Shown: positions 45,731-57,293 of the stretch, in pieces
Numbering within the stretch: position 1 is the stretch's first letter
How the letters are laid out: each line of letters begins with the position of its first letter
NCBI GenBank assembly: GCA_963798485.1
Contig: CAWCTR010000021.1
Span: forward strand, 160,001 to 224,000
Direction of reading: 5' to 3'
Length of the DNA stretch: 64,000 nt
Origin: an uncultured delta proteobacterium
GTDB lineage: Bacteria > Desulfobacterota > Desulfomonilia > UBA1062
Position numbers and translations under genes: made by a program
Notes under the pieces: model-generated
Database searches by the model: none
What the model saw: only the letters and a program-made list of their open reading frames with translations
What the model was told of the DNA's origin: nothing

Positions 45731-46441
45731 CTACTGCTTTTCTTTGTGTGTCTCCTGCTCGTGCGCCTGCGTGGCCGAGGCGATATACACCATGGCAAGG
45801 ATAGCGAAGATGTATGCCTGGACCATTCCTATCAACAAACCTAACGCATGCATGACAATGGGGAAAAAGAGCGGGGTGATGGCAAGCAGGATGCCGATCA
45901 CCTTGTCGTGGCTCATGATGTTCCCGAAAAGCCTTATGGCAAGCGCCAGGGTCCTTGTGATCTCACCCATGACATGGAAGGGGAAGAAGATGAACGTAGG
46001 CTGGAAGTACTCCTTGAGATACCCGAGCAACCCGCGTTTTGTTATGCCGTACAGAGGAACGGCAATGAATACGCATATGGCAAGCGCTGCTGTTGTTGTA
46101 AGGGAAGAGGTCGGTGCGACATATCCGGGCACAATAAGAAGGAGGTTGGACAGCCCGATAAAGAGGAAGAGAGTCCCGATGAAGGCCAGGTAGTGATCCG
46201 GGTTGTCCTTGGTGATTTCCATAATCTGGCCCCTGATGGTCGACACAATGACCTCGAGCAGGTTCTGCCAGCGGGAAATGTGGATATCCTTGGATATCTT
46301 GCGGGTAACAAGCCACGAACCTATGATGAGGATGGCCATGATGAACCAGGTATAGAGCAGGGTGGCGGTTATCTTTGCAAACCCCATTTGCCATAAGATG
46401 AGTTGGTCGGGGCTGATCTGGTTGAGCCTTAGGATCTCCAT
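45731..46441 (-). CDS. atpB: N-ATPase a subunit
   Basis: PT.SL.TT.ALA, RTLALAIRLFGNI, QAYIFA.L...YI. Confidence 0.95.
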   Translation of the reverse strand: MEILRLNQISPDQLILWQMGFAKITATLLYTWFIMAILIIGSWLVTRKISKDIHISRWQNLLEVIVSTIRGQIMEITKDNPDHYLAFIGTLFLFIGLSNLLLIVPGYVAPTSSLTTTAALAICVFIAVPLYGITKRGLLGYLKEYFQPTFIFFPFHVMGEITRTLALAIRLFGNIMSHDKVIGILLAITPLFFPIVMHALGLLIGMVQAYIFAILAMVYIASATQAHEQETHKEKQ

Positions 46442-46450
46442 ACATTAGCC

Positions 46451-46732
46451 TCAGGACACACCTGGACTCTTGCCCAGCCTGCGCACCAGTATTCCCCGCA
46501 TAAGCACAAAGCCTGCAAGTGCAGCCATCATACTCTCCCAGTGTCCGTTCATGACGATATAAAACCCGACGGCCACAACCCCCATCCTGAGCATAAAATT
46601 CACGAACAAGACATGCCAGGGCGTTTGCTCATCGGTCATCTTTTTTACTGAAGACCACAGGTTCAACGAGAAAAAAGCACCCAATGCAAGGCCCGCAAGG
46701 AAAGCAATGATGAGGTGCGGTACATCCATCAT
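46451..46732 (-). CDS. atpR: N-ATPase AtpR subunit
   Basis: Small 3-TM protein, G.FF...LW, with Arg in FMLR and LMR; position in operon. Confidence 0.85.
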   Translation of the reverse strand: MMDVPHLIIAFLAGLALGAFFSLNLWSSVKKMTDEQTPWHVLFVNFMLRMGVVAVGFYIVMNGHWESMMAALAGFVLMRGILVRRLGKSPGVS

Positions 46733-46758
46733 GTATTGTCCTTATTTTTTTGTTTCAA

Positions 46759-47086
46759 TCATTCATCCTCTTCTTCACTCGCCTTCTCACTCCAACTCCC
46801 GCTCTTGCGCACCCAGTACCACGCATTCAGGCACCCGATCATGACGCCGGCGATGAGGAGCATAAGGGTCCATGAAAACTGGCTCGGCCAGGTTCTGTCG
46901 ATCCATATCCCTATAGCCACTCCTATGAGGGTGGGAATGGCGACCGACCAGCCGACAATGCCGAACATGCCGAGCCCGAACCAGACGGTCTCCCCTTTTT
47001 CCTTCCTGCCGCGGATCATGAGGGCCTCTTTCTTTTCAACTTCGCGAGCAAACTTCTTCATGATATCGCGGCGTCTCTTGAGCGAA

Positions 47087-47094
<8 letters not shown>
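46759..47094 (-). CDS. N-ATPase AtpQ (AtpZ/AtpI family)
   Basis: WFGLGMFGIVGWSVAIPT, GCLNAW.WV. Confidence 0.88.
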
Positions 47095-48899
<1,805 letters not shown>

Positions 48900-49086
48900 T
48901 CATATGTACTACAAATCCTTGATGGGAACCGGACACTGCTATTGTTACTTAATTAAAGGGCATTTTAACTATAGTCAAGGGGTAGATGCTTGTTTCTCTT
49001 AAGAAAAATAGTGCACCACATAAATTTTCTTTGAAAATCATTTCAAAATTATCGGCGTAATATCTTCACATTGCCTTTTGAGGGAT

Positions 49087-49884
49087 TTAACGAAGATACG
49101 TGCAGGCTCCATAGAAGCGCTCGCGGTAGTAGGAGCCCGAAAGCGAATCGGCACAAATGGTCTTTCCTGTGCCCGGGGCATGGATGAACATATCACCCCC
49201 GATATAAATTCCCACATGGCTGACACGGCCGGTGCTCGAGGTGGTGAAAAAGACAAGATCTCCCTTTTCGAGCTGGTCCTTTGTGACGGGTATGCCGCTT
49301 TTGTACTGGTCTTCAGATGTTCTCGGGACATTCATACCATTAAGCTGATAGACAGCCATAACCAGCCCGCTGCAATCAAGCGGGGCATCGAGCGAGCAGC
49401 TTCCCCATTGGTAGGGCAGGCCGATAAAGCTCTGGGCAGTGTCTACGATTTCATCCCTGACAGATCCTTCACCTGAAGGTCTTCCCCTGGCTATGGCATA
49501 CTCACCGGGTTTCACAACATAGAACACGTCGATCATGCCAAGCTGCTGTAACCTGCGCGCCTCGGACATGGCCATACTCTGGGTGGTGTAGTTCCCGAAT
49601 CGCACCTTGTAGAGCCCGGAGCTATGGGCAAAATAAAAGGCATCAAGCCCCTGCTTCTCCAATTTCTTTGTGAGCCTTACAGCGTTGTCCACCTGGGAGA
49701 AGGCCCCCACCTGGACGGAAAAGCCCATCTTCATAGGGGCGGCATTGACCTGTGACTTTGCCTTGAGCCTGGTTTGATACGGAGGAATTATTGATCTGTT
49801 CGATGCACAGCCAGGCAGAAAAAGAGAAAAGATAAGTACAACCGGAATGATCCGTATACCGGTTTGCAAACTAATCCTTCCCAT
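49087..49884 (-). CDS. SPOR + NlpC/P60 cell-wall peptidase lipoprotein
   Basis: Lipobox LPGC, VQVGAF (SPOR), DCSG, HVGIY, FIHA. Confidence 0.92.
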   Translation of the reverse strand: MGRISLQTGIRIIPVVLIFSLFLPGCASNRSIIPPYQTRLKAKSQVNAAPMKMGFSVQVGAFSQVDNAVRLTKKLEKQGLDAFYFAHSSGLYKVRFGNYTTQSMAMSEARRLQQLGMIDVFYVVKPGEYAIARGRPSGEGSVRDEIVDTAQSFIGLPYQWGSCSLDAPLDCSGLVMAVYQLNGMNVPRTSEDQYKSGIPVTKDQLEKGDLVFFTTSSTGRVSHVGIYIGGDMFIHAPGTGKTICADSLSGSYYRERFYGACTYLR

Positions 49885-50010
49885 CCTCCTCCCTCATAAA
49901 CTCCGGCTTTGCTGCCTGAATACTGGAATGCAGATGAGTTATCGATCTTTTAATAACAAGTTAACGGTCATTTGTCTACAAAGGCTTTTATTATGCAATT
50001 ATCGTTGTTA

Positions 50011-51216
50011 TCAAGCACTCCCCTCCATCACCTCTATAAATCCTTCCAGTCTCGTTTTTACCTGCTCAGGCTGGTATCCTCGCGGATCGGATATGTCCAT
50101 ATCCAGCATGAGGAAGGGCTTATCAAGTTGTGCAAAGGCATCTTTGAGCAACATATGCGCGTTGTTTGAATGGCGGCAGGCAGGGGTTGCAAAAAGGAGA
50201 GCCCCGTCGATCCCGTACATATCGACAATTTTCTCAATCCCCTCAGTCCTCCTTATAGCAGGACCGATAAAGGGATTTTTCAGGCACTTCATTGCCAAAC
50301 CCTCAAAGGGATTATCCTCGTCAATCTCTTCCCAGTGTACGTGGAAGGTTTCACACAGGGGGATGCCCACCTTTCGTTCTCTCAAGATATCAAAGACATT
50401 GGTAGGATGGATGGGTGTCCAGGCAAACCAATAGATGCGGTGAGACTCCTGAGGGGTGATACCCTTTGCCATCTTCTCCTTGATATCTTTTATCAACTGT
50501 TCTTCCAACCTTTCCTTAACAGGACTCCCGCTGAAGAGCCGGCCGTTGATGGAGTAGGCTATCATGTCCTGCGGTTTCATGGGAGCGGGCCTGGTCTTGA
50601 GCAATTCAAGGATTTCCAGCTGGAGTCTGCGTGATCGGTTCGAGCTTCTCACCGCCTGCTTCAACCTGTCCATATCCAGCTTCTGTCCGCTCACCTGACT
50701 GATCTTTTGTGCAGACTCATAAAGCTGCCTGGCGACATAGCCAATAGATTCTTTGGTAATCGCATGGGGCACATCGAGATAAAATGTCTCGGTCCCTGTG
50801 ATGAGCGAGACCACGTCATTGGCCTTGCCCTTGCCCTCACAATAGTAAGAGGTAGTAATGAGGAGATCGGGCTTGGGAAAATATCCCTTGTAGAACCCGC
50901 CAAGACCTGCACGATGGAACGAGCAGATGTCCGGTGAATGTCCTCGTTCCTCTGCCTCGATCATCAAGGGCACCCCCTGATTCATGGTAGACATGAGTGC
51001 GCCGGCGATCTCAAAATCAAATGGTATGACATCGAAGGCGGCCAAGATCTCCATGGGGAAGGCATACTGCGACGTATACACGACCTTCTTCCCCGGCCCG
51101 TATGCCTTTAAAAACAGGTCGAACCATTCCTTGTACCAAAGTGTTAGGAATCTCTTTCTTTCCTTCAATGTAGCGTCCATCATCTGTGACATGTTCTCAA
51201 GCATGTGTCTGAACAT
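50011..51216 (-). CDS. 2-hydroxyacyl-CoA dehydratase / benzoyl-CoA reductase family subunit
   Basis: P.EIL.AF, DICSF, CEGK.K, IDG.......CR, D..DPR....QVKTRLEGF.E. Confidence 0.85.
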   Translation of the reverse strand: MFRHMLENMSQMMDATLKERKRFLTLWYKEWFDLFLKAYGPGKKVVYTSQYAFPMEILAAFDVIPFDFEIAGALMSTMNQGVPLMIEAEERGHSPDICSFHRAGLGGFYKGYFPKPDLLITTSYYCEGKGKANDVVSLITGTETFYLDVPHAITKESIGYVARQLYESAQKISQVSGQKLDMDRLKQAVRSSNRSRRLQLEILELLKTRPAPMKPQDMIAYSINGRLFSGSPVKERLEEQLIKDIKEKMAKGITPQESHRIYWFAWTPIHPTNVFDILRERKVGIPLCETFHVHWEEIDEDNPFEGLAMKCLKNPFIGPAIRRTEGIEKIVDMYGIDGALLFATPACRHSNNAHMLLKDAFAQLDKPFLMLDMDISDPRGYQPEQVKTRLEGFIEVMEGSA

Positions 51217-51228
51217 AGGCTGCCTCCC

Positions 51229-52278
51229 CTACCCCAACATCTCGATAAACGCCTCAACATTTATCCGTAGTTTCTCGATATCCGACCAATCGTAATCATT
51301 CTCGATCACGAGGCATCTTGCCCCTGCAGCAACAACTGCTTCCTTAAAGACCGGGATGTTATATGACAGGTTGTCGCAAAACTTTATCTTGCTTACGATT
51401 ACGCCATCGGCCCTGGTGTCTGTTATTTGGTTTGTAAGGTCCTTGATCTGATCTGCTATGCCTATCATCCGCGGACAGGAAGGCCTCAGCAAGTATCGCG
51501 CTGCAATAGCAGCCAGAGGATCCGGTGTGCCTTCGGCCACCTTCAAGTCATAGTTCTTCCTACCAAAGCAGGTATCGATTCCTACAACCGTTGCGCCTGC
51601 ATTCTCGATCATGGAAATAAGGTCCGGCTTATTCACCATGTTTCCGGTTATAAGGATGCGAGGGCCATTCTTTGTTAAAGTATTCATGGACTCTCGCTTG
51701 AGAATATTGGTGGCCTTTTGGCTGAATCCTCGCAGGTCAGAATCAGGTCTATCATGTAACAAGGCAAAGCATTCAGAGCCCGTAAGGCATCCTGGTTTGC
51801 TTCTCATGAGCATAAAAAGATCATTGCATTGACGTCTATGATGGTTCATTTGTTTTATAGCCGTCTCAAGCCGCCCTTTAGTCACCCTTTGAGCATCCGG
51901 GATCATGGAAAGATCCACAGAGATCCGGCCCAGCTCTGCGGTAAAGAGCCCTATGGAATCGGGGTCTTTTTTCTTGGGAATGTCCATGAACAAGGCAGCC
52001 GGGCTTTTTACATAGGCACCCCAGAGGTCGTAGAGCCTTCGCATGGCATCACACGAGTTTGCCAGGATTACGGCATCCACATGGGCAAAGGCGCCTGCCA
52101 TGGCATCGGAAAAGAGGCTTTTTACATAGAAACATGTGTTGGGGTGGATGTATCCTTCCGCCGTGGAGCATCTGCCTTGAGGGATGAGCCTCTCCGGCGT
52201 TAAACCGGCAGCCATGATCACCTCTACAGGCACATAGCAACAGGCATAAGCCACTGTCCTTGCCTTCTTTAAGCTCAT
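51229..52278 (-). CDS. 2-hydroxyacyl-CoA dehydratase family subunit
   Basis: C.YVP.E.I.AAG, C.YVK, SCDAMRR, CPRM, KFCD, EAF.EM. Confidence 0.85.
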   Translation of the reverse strand: MSLKKARTVAYACCYVPVEVIMAAGLTPERLIPQGRCSTAEGYIHPNTCFYVKSLFSDAMAGAFAHVDAVILANSCDAMRRLYDLWGAYVKSPAALFMDIPKKKDPDSIGLFTAELGRISVDLSMIPDAQRVTKGRLETAIKQMNHHRRQCNDLFMLMRSKPGCLTGSECFALLHDRPDSDLRGFSQKATNILKRESMNTLTKNGPRILITGNMVNKPDLISMIENAGATVVGIDTCFGRKNYDLKVAEGTPDPLAAIAARYLLRPSCPRMIGIADQIKDLTNQITDTRADGVIVSKIKFCDNLSYNIPVFKEAVVAAGARCLVIENDYDWSDIEKLRINVEAFIEMLG

Positions 52279-52572
52279 GCCGCCTCCTTCATGCCTTTTG
52301 ATAGCACTCATCATGGGTGAACTTTTCTCTTTTGTCGCCTCAAGATAGGATCTTGAGGCCTTTGATAGTGTTTCTTGACCCGGATTTCCCGCTTTTTCTC
52401 GGAAGATATTCTGTACCTCTTGTCTTACTGAAACCGGTTGCTATTATAATGTGCCATAGCTAGCACGGCATATATTTCTTTCATGAATCGAACATCGGCA
52501 TGAAAACATCTCAAAATTACTAAGATACATAGAGTGAAAGGAACGGTTGGAGGCAGGTTGGAGGCCGGTTAG

Positions 52573-52603
52573 ATGAGTGGATATTTTTAAAATATCCACT
52601 CAT
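52573..52603. promoter_or_regulatory. Perfect 15-bp inverted repeat
   Basis: ATGAGTGGATATTTT-T-AAAATATCCACTCAT directly before an AGGAGG RBS. Confidence 0.6.
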
Positions 52604-52618
52604 AAAAGGAGGGTAGTC

Positions 52619-52779
52619 ATGTTTACCCCGAAGACAATACTTGTCCAGACAGATTTTTCCCAATCCTCATCATCATCGGGTCTCATGGGAAGAAAGGCAT
52701 AATGAAACACCTCATCGGCAGTGTCACCGACAAGGTGGTCCGCGCTGCAAAATCCCCTGTCATGGTGGTAAGGGAATAG
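52619..52779 (+). pseudogene. Universal stress protein with large internal deletion
   Basis: MFTPKTILVQTDFSQS joined out of frame to LIIIGSHGKKG...IGSVTDKVVRAAKSPVMVVRE*. Confidence 0.85.
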
Positions 52780-52936
52780 ATTGATAAAAGGGCATACAGA
52801 AGTCTCAGATCATATTACAATATGATCAGATCTTTGCATGCCCCTTTAGTAATATCTGTTTGTACTCTCCGGTGAATTGGTGTTTTGTACTTTGCAAACA
52901 GCGGTAATATCGTAATGATAGCGTGGAGATGATGGC

Positions 52937-53482
52937 ATGAAACCAATAGGTCCTTTGATGTGGGAACACAGGCTCATTGAGCGTCTGCTCCATCTGTTCG
53001 ATGGGCAGATTACAAAAATCCGTCAGGAAAATTCCATTGACCCGGTATTCATCGACAATGCCGTTGACTTTATCCGGACCTATGCAGACCGGACACATCA
53101 CGGCAAAGAGGAGGACATTCTTTTCAGGGATCTTGCCAAAAAGCAGCTCTCTGCCGGGCACGCAAAGATTATGGATGAACTGGTTGAAGAGCACAAGTAT
53201 GCCCGCAAAGTGGTTGGGAAATTAGTTGAGGCCAAGGAAATGTTTCTGACGGGAAACAAGGCTGCCTTGCAGGATGTCATTGCATGTCTCAAGGAACTCT
53301 CCGAGTTTTACCCCAAACATATCGAGAAAGAGGATAAACACTTTTTCTTCCCCATACTGGACTACTTCTCGCAAGATGAACAAGATGCAATGCTCAGCGA
53401 ATTCCGGGAATTCGACAGAAACATGATCCACGAAAAATATACCAAATTAGTTGATGCTTTGGGGCAAAGAAAACGCAAGTGA
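52937..53482 (+). CDS. Hemerythrin/HHE cation-binding domain protein
   Basis: LMWEHRLI, HHGKEEDILF, EH, HIEKED..FFP. Confidence 0.9.
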   Translation: MKPIGPLMWEHRLIERLLHLFDGQITKIRQENSIDPVFIDNAVDFIRTYADRTHHGKEEDILFRDLAKKQLSAGHAKIMDELVEEHKYARKVVGKLVEAKEMFLTGNKAALQDVIACLKELSEFYPKHIEKEDKHFFFPILDYFSQDEQDAMLSEFREFDRNMIHEKYTKLVDALGQRKRK

Positions 53483-53514
53483 TATGTGATGAAAATTGGT
53501 TGGGCTTCACGCTT

Positions 53515-53970
53515 CTACCCTTCGATAGGAGCTGCCGCAGCCTCAGAAACGCCAAAACTCTGTGCTAGCTCAGTGAGGAGCATGCCGAAAGCTTGGGAGT
53601 CGTCAATGGTGAGTATGTCGACTGCCTTGAACCATTTCAGCGTGACCATTTGTAGAGCAACATTTTCATACAGGCGTCCATCCGGGCGCTTCCATGAAAC
53701 TTGTAGCCTTACAACCACAATCGTTTTCCAGGGCCAGCCCTTTACCACCACATTGACGGGCACAAACTGAAACCCGGGAAGAATGCGCAAGAAGCGCTCG
53801 AACCATTTTGTGATGAGCGCGCGACTATGGCGATGTCCTCCAAGGGCGTGGTGGCCGACGAAGTGATAGTGACACTTCTCAGACATGAGGCCGGTGGCGG
53901 CTTGATAGTCGCCCTGACTGAGGCGCCTGAAACTCCTTCGAACAATTCGTGCCACGACAAAGTGATACAT
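53515..53970 (-). CDS. SnoaL/NTF2-like protein
   Basis: F..L..GD, G.HALGG, V.GWPW, Y.N; GAAGGAG RBS. Confidence 0.8.
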   Translation of the reverse strand: MYHFVVARIVRRSFRRLSQGDYQAATGLMSEKCHYHFVGHHALGGHRHSRALITKWFERFLRILPGFQFVPVNVVVKGWPWKTIVVVRLQVSWKRPDGRLYENVALQMVTLKWFKAVDILTIDDSQAFGMLLTELAQSFGVSEAAAAPIEG

Positions 53971-53982
53971 ACACCTACTCCT

Positions 53983-54129
53983 TCAAACGAGGAATCTCGT
54001 TGTGCCTGCTTCCTTCCCCAATAAAATGGCTTTTGATGTTGCTTCCTTCATTTCAGGGGCGGTCAATGGCCCACTGTGGGTCGTTTCGATAATGCCAAGC
54101 ACGGGGTTAAACTTTGAGGTCCAGGACAT
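53983..54129 (-). pseudogene. Short, probably truncated ORF (48 aa)
   Basis: GAGGAGG RBS; MSWTSKFNPVLGIIE...TTRFLV*. Confidence 0.4.
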
Positions 54130-54162
54130 ATCTTCCTCCTCTTGTGTCTATGAAACTATGCA

Positions 54163-54216
54163 TAAGTGTTACCCATGTACCCAGAATATTGTGTTACCTA
54201 TGTCCCCGTTCGCTCA
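54163..54216 (-). mobile_element. Isolated IS terminus remnant (IS481/IS3-like)
   Basis: GTGTTACCYATGT repeated at 54166 and 54191, ending ...CTCA; no transposase adjacent. Confidence 0.5.
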
Positions 54217-54232
54217 ATCAGTTGTTTTTTGC

Positions 54233-54712
54233 TTACTTTCCATCATACGCCTTTTGTAGAGCAGCAATGTCAAACTTCTTCATCTTAAGGAATGCTTGAG
54301 TTACCCGTGCCAATTTCTTAGGATCATTCGATTGCATCATTTCGTTCATAATGGTAGGAACGATCTGCCATGACAGGCCATACTTATCTTTAAGCCAACC
54401 GCATTCAATTTCTTGGCCACCGCCGCTGGTTAGGTTATCCCAGTAGTAATCAATTTCTTCCTGTGTATCACACTTGACAATAAATGATATTGACTCATTG
54501 AACTTGAAAAGCGGACCTGCACTAATAGCCATGAACTCTTGCCCAAAAAGTTCGAAAGTTACGATATCCACTGCCCCCGAAGGGGTATCCTGAAGTGTTA
54601 TAATGCTTTTGATCCGTGAATCCTTGAATACAGACATGTAAAACTTGGCCGCTTCCTTGGCTTCCTTATCAAACCACAGGTGCGGGATGATTTTGTTTTT
54701 GATGGTTGCCAT
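54233..54712 (-). CDS. VOC / PhnB (3-demethylubiquinone-9 3-methyltransferase-like) protein, gene cassette
   Basis: KIIPHLWFD..A.EAA.FY, FNESISF, CGWLKDKYGLSWQIVP; AGGAGG RBS just after attC. Confidence 0.92.
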   Translation of the reverse strand: MATIKNKIIPHLWFDKEAKEAAKFYMSVFKDSRIKSIITLQDTPSGAVDIVTFELFGQEFMAISAGPLFKFNESISFIVKCDTQEEIDYYWDNLTSGGGQEIECGWLKDKYGLSWQIVPTIMNEMMQSNDPKKLARVTQAFLKMKKFDIAALQKAYDGK

Positions 54713-54731
54713 AGAGTTTCCTCCTATAAAG

Positions 54732-54830
54732 GCTAAACGCTGCGGCTCACCGGCTGCCAGGGCCAAGTTGGGCTGACAAGTCTACACGCAAGTGCGGCAC
54801 TGGCAGTCCGCGTGCAGCCGATGGTTGGGC
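54732..54830 (-). other. Integron attC site
   Basis: R'' GCCCAAC, 5 nt, L'' GCTGCAC pairing with GTGAGC (one extrahelical base), inner stem CTGCCAG/CTGGCAG, R' GTTTAGC; R'' is complementary to the cassette start GTTGGGC at 55639-55633. Confidence 0.88.
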
Positions 54831-54837
54831 ATTTTCA

Positions 54838-55623
54838 CTAAAAAAATTGAAGTTCCCCAAACTTTTTCTCAATAGTAATTGAACGATAACCATGATGATA
54901 GAAATCCACACGTACTGATTTGTTAAAGAGATCACCTCTGTTAAAATAAATATCGTGGTCCATAAAATATTCGATCGCCATTACAATAATGGTGTCACCT
55001 GGAAAGAATTTTATTGTGGGACAATGTCTCTCTGATATCAATCGGAAAAATGCAAAATCACGTGTGCTTCGACTAGGCACAAAATACATGTTATCTTGCG
55101 GGTTTTTTATGACTATCGCGGGCATCTGGAGATCAATATGGAAATTACCTAAAGGAACTGTTCCGCGATTAGTTAAGGATATTTCTAGATGATAAGTATG
55201 TATTTCCGAACGTTGTTTAACTATCCTATACGCTAAATCAATCTCTGTTGTAGTTTCTATTGGCTCATTTGATGTATTACCTTCAATTTCCATTAGGGCC
55301 GCACTTTCAGCTCTTTGTTTCCATTCTTGTAATAATTCAACTGTGTACCGCATTGGATCATTATCAATAAGCTTTGCGCAATTCTGACAAAGCCAAATGC
55401 CATTCTCAATTGATTGGCGTTGTTCAGATGTAATGGTTGCATCATAACGAGGACCGCCAGGTGATGCTGCAGTAATGTGAGCTGCAACACCGATATTAAC
55501 TATAAGTGAAGAGTCTGATCGCGGCCCCGTAGTAAGTTTTTTACAGGTGGGATTTGAGCACCTGACGCCTACACGTTTAGCTAAAACATCTATTGTCGGT
55601 TTTGAAAAGTCGTCACGTTCCAT
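54838..55623 (-). CDS. HNH endonuclease-like N-terminal domain fused to unknown domain, gene cassette
   Basis: CSNPTC, AAHITAASPGGPRYD, NGIWLCQNCAKLID; AT-rich; bounded by GTTGGGC and attC. Confidence 0.85.
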   Translation of the reverse strand: MERDDFSKPTIDVLAKRVGVRCSNPTCKKLTTGPRSDSSLIVNIGVAAHITAASPGGPRYDATITSEQRQSIENGIWLCQNCAKLIDNDPMRYTVELLQEWKQRAESAALMEIEGNTSNEPIETTTEIDLAYRIVKQRSEIHTYHLEISLTNRGTVPLGNFHIDLQMPAIVIKNPQDNMYFVPSRSTRDFAFFRLISERHCPTIKFFPGDTIIVMAIEYFMDHDIYFNRGDLFNKSVRVDFYHHGYRSITIEKKFGELQFF

Positions 55624-56042
55624 ATTATTAATGCCCAACGTATAGCGTTTTATCCATTGTCCCGCCGAAATTATAGCAGGAGGAGATCAGGGGAGCAATG
55701 GTCATAATTTTAGGATGATATATGATTACTAAGCTGCGGGATGATGGATAAAAGGCCGTTGGACTGTGCCGCTCCGGGCATACTTATTATCTATGGGCAT
55801 TGTATCCGGATACTTCGCTAAAGAATAGTGGTTGATGATCTTGTTTGTGAAGGAGACGGCGTCTCTCGATATGGTAATCGGTCGAAGATGTTGATCTTGA
55901 GACTGGATGTGAACCGTGAAAGTGAAGCATTTTGGTGGTATCTCAGACCTCAAGGCGTACCACTCCTGCACCCCAGTTGAACAAAGAACCTTGGGGCTGT
56001 CAGGAGCATGCAGTGTATGCGTATGTGTTTTTTGTTTGCTCA

Positions 56043-57293
56043 TCACGGAGAATTCAAGATCAATGGTTGATTGGGGCCAGCCTTAGTAACGCCCATTGCC
56101 TGGAAAGGAATTTCGGAGATCCGCTTCATGGTGCCTTTCCGGCAGGAAGGGCACTGGGTGATATCCATGCCGGTAAGCTGGAGCATCAATTCCTGAGTTG
56201 ATTTATCAGCCGGACTCGAAGACTGAGAAGTGCAGTTGAGAAGCACTCTGATCCTGTTCAAGTCCTGTTTTTTCGACCTGTTGGCCAGAAAGCCGTAATG
56301 ACGGATGCGCATGAAGCCATCGGGAAGGACATGGAGCAGGAACCGTCGAATGAATTCCACGGCATCAAGCGTCATGATCTTGCGGGTGTTCCGGTCCTTT
56401 CGGTCCTGGTAGTGGAACATGACCTTGTCGTCATGCATCGCAATGATGCGATGGTTGGAGATGGCCACCCGGTGGGTGTACCGGCCGAGGTAATCGAGCA
56501 CCTGTTCAGGTCCGGCAAAGGGTTTCTTGGAGTAGACCACCCATTCTTGCTCTTTAAGTTTCCGGATCAGCTTCTTGAACCCGGATGGAACGCCGAGGTG
56601 AACGGAACTGCCGGGGAAGCTCAGTTCGCTGGAACGATAGGATCTCTCCAGATAATCGATGAACTTGCCTCTGAAGACGCGGGAGAGTGCCCTGACCGGA
56701 AAGAGGAAATGCCGGCGAGAAGCTATCCAGCGTTCTCTGTCGAAGGAGAGTGCACCGGCCGGGATTACGCAATGCAGATGGTAATGATCCAGGAGCACTT
56801 GGCTCCAGGTATGGAGGATCAGGATGAAGCCCATCTTGCCGCCCAGAGAGTTCCGTGGATTATGGCCGAACTCAGCTAGGGTCTCGGATACCGACTTGAA
56901 GAGAATGGAGTAGATCTCCTTCTTGTTGCACTGGGCGATGGGGTTGATATCATGAGGCAGGGTGAACACCGTGTGGAAGTACCCTACCGGAATGAGCTCC
57001 TCAATCCGTGCTTCGAGCCACCTCGCCTTGGCCATAGTCTGGCACTTGGGGCAGTGCCTGTTGCGGCAAGAGTTGTAGAACGGTCGTTCATAACCGCACC
57101 TGTCGCAACGCTCGATATGTCCCCCCTGGAACTCGGTACGACAGCGGATGATGGCGGATATGACTCTTCTGTGGGCAAGGGGAGTCGGATAGGCCGCCTG
57201 GTAGTCACTGCCATGGACACGGAAGATATCTGCCACCTCGCAACTCTGTACAGGATGCTTCTGGGTACAGGCTTGCGTGATTGGGGCTAACAT
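56043..57293 (-). CDS. IS91-family (Y2/HUH) rolling-circle transposase
   Basis: SCRNRHCPKC Zn domain, HLH HUH motif, YLGRY (YxxxY), RIRHYG. Confidence 0.95.
   Translation of the reverse strand: MLAPITQACTQKHPVQSCEVADIFRVHGSDYQAAYPTPLAHRRVISAIIRCRTEFQGGHIERCDRCGYERPFYNSCRNRHCPKCQTMAKARWLEARIEELIPVGYFHTVFTLPHDINPIAQCNKKEIYSILFKSVSETLAEFGHNPRNSLGGKMGFILILHTWSQVLLDHYHLHCVIPAGALSFDRERWIASRRHFLFPVRALSRVFRGKFIDYLERSYRSSELSFPGSSVHLGVPSGFKKLIRKLKEQEWVVYSKKPFAGPEQVLDYLGRYTHRVAISNHRIIAMHDDKVMFHYQDRKDRNTRKIMTLDAVEFIRRFLLHVLPDGFMRIRHYGFLANRSKKQDLNRIRVLLNCTSQSSSPADKSTQELMLQLTGMDITQCPSCRKGTMKRISEIPFQAMGVTKAGPNQPLILNSP

Noticed and set aside
55729-56046. 105-aa ORF after the transposase
   Set aside because: No motif or clear RBS, and it overlaps the structured end of the element; not excluded, but unsupported.
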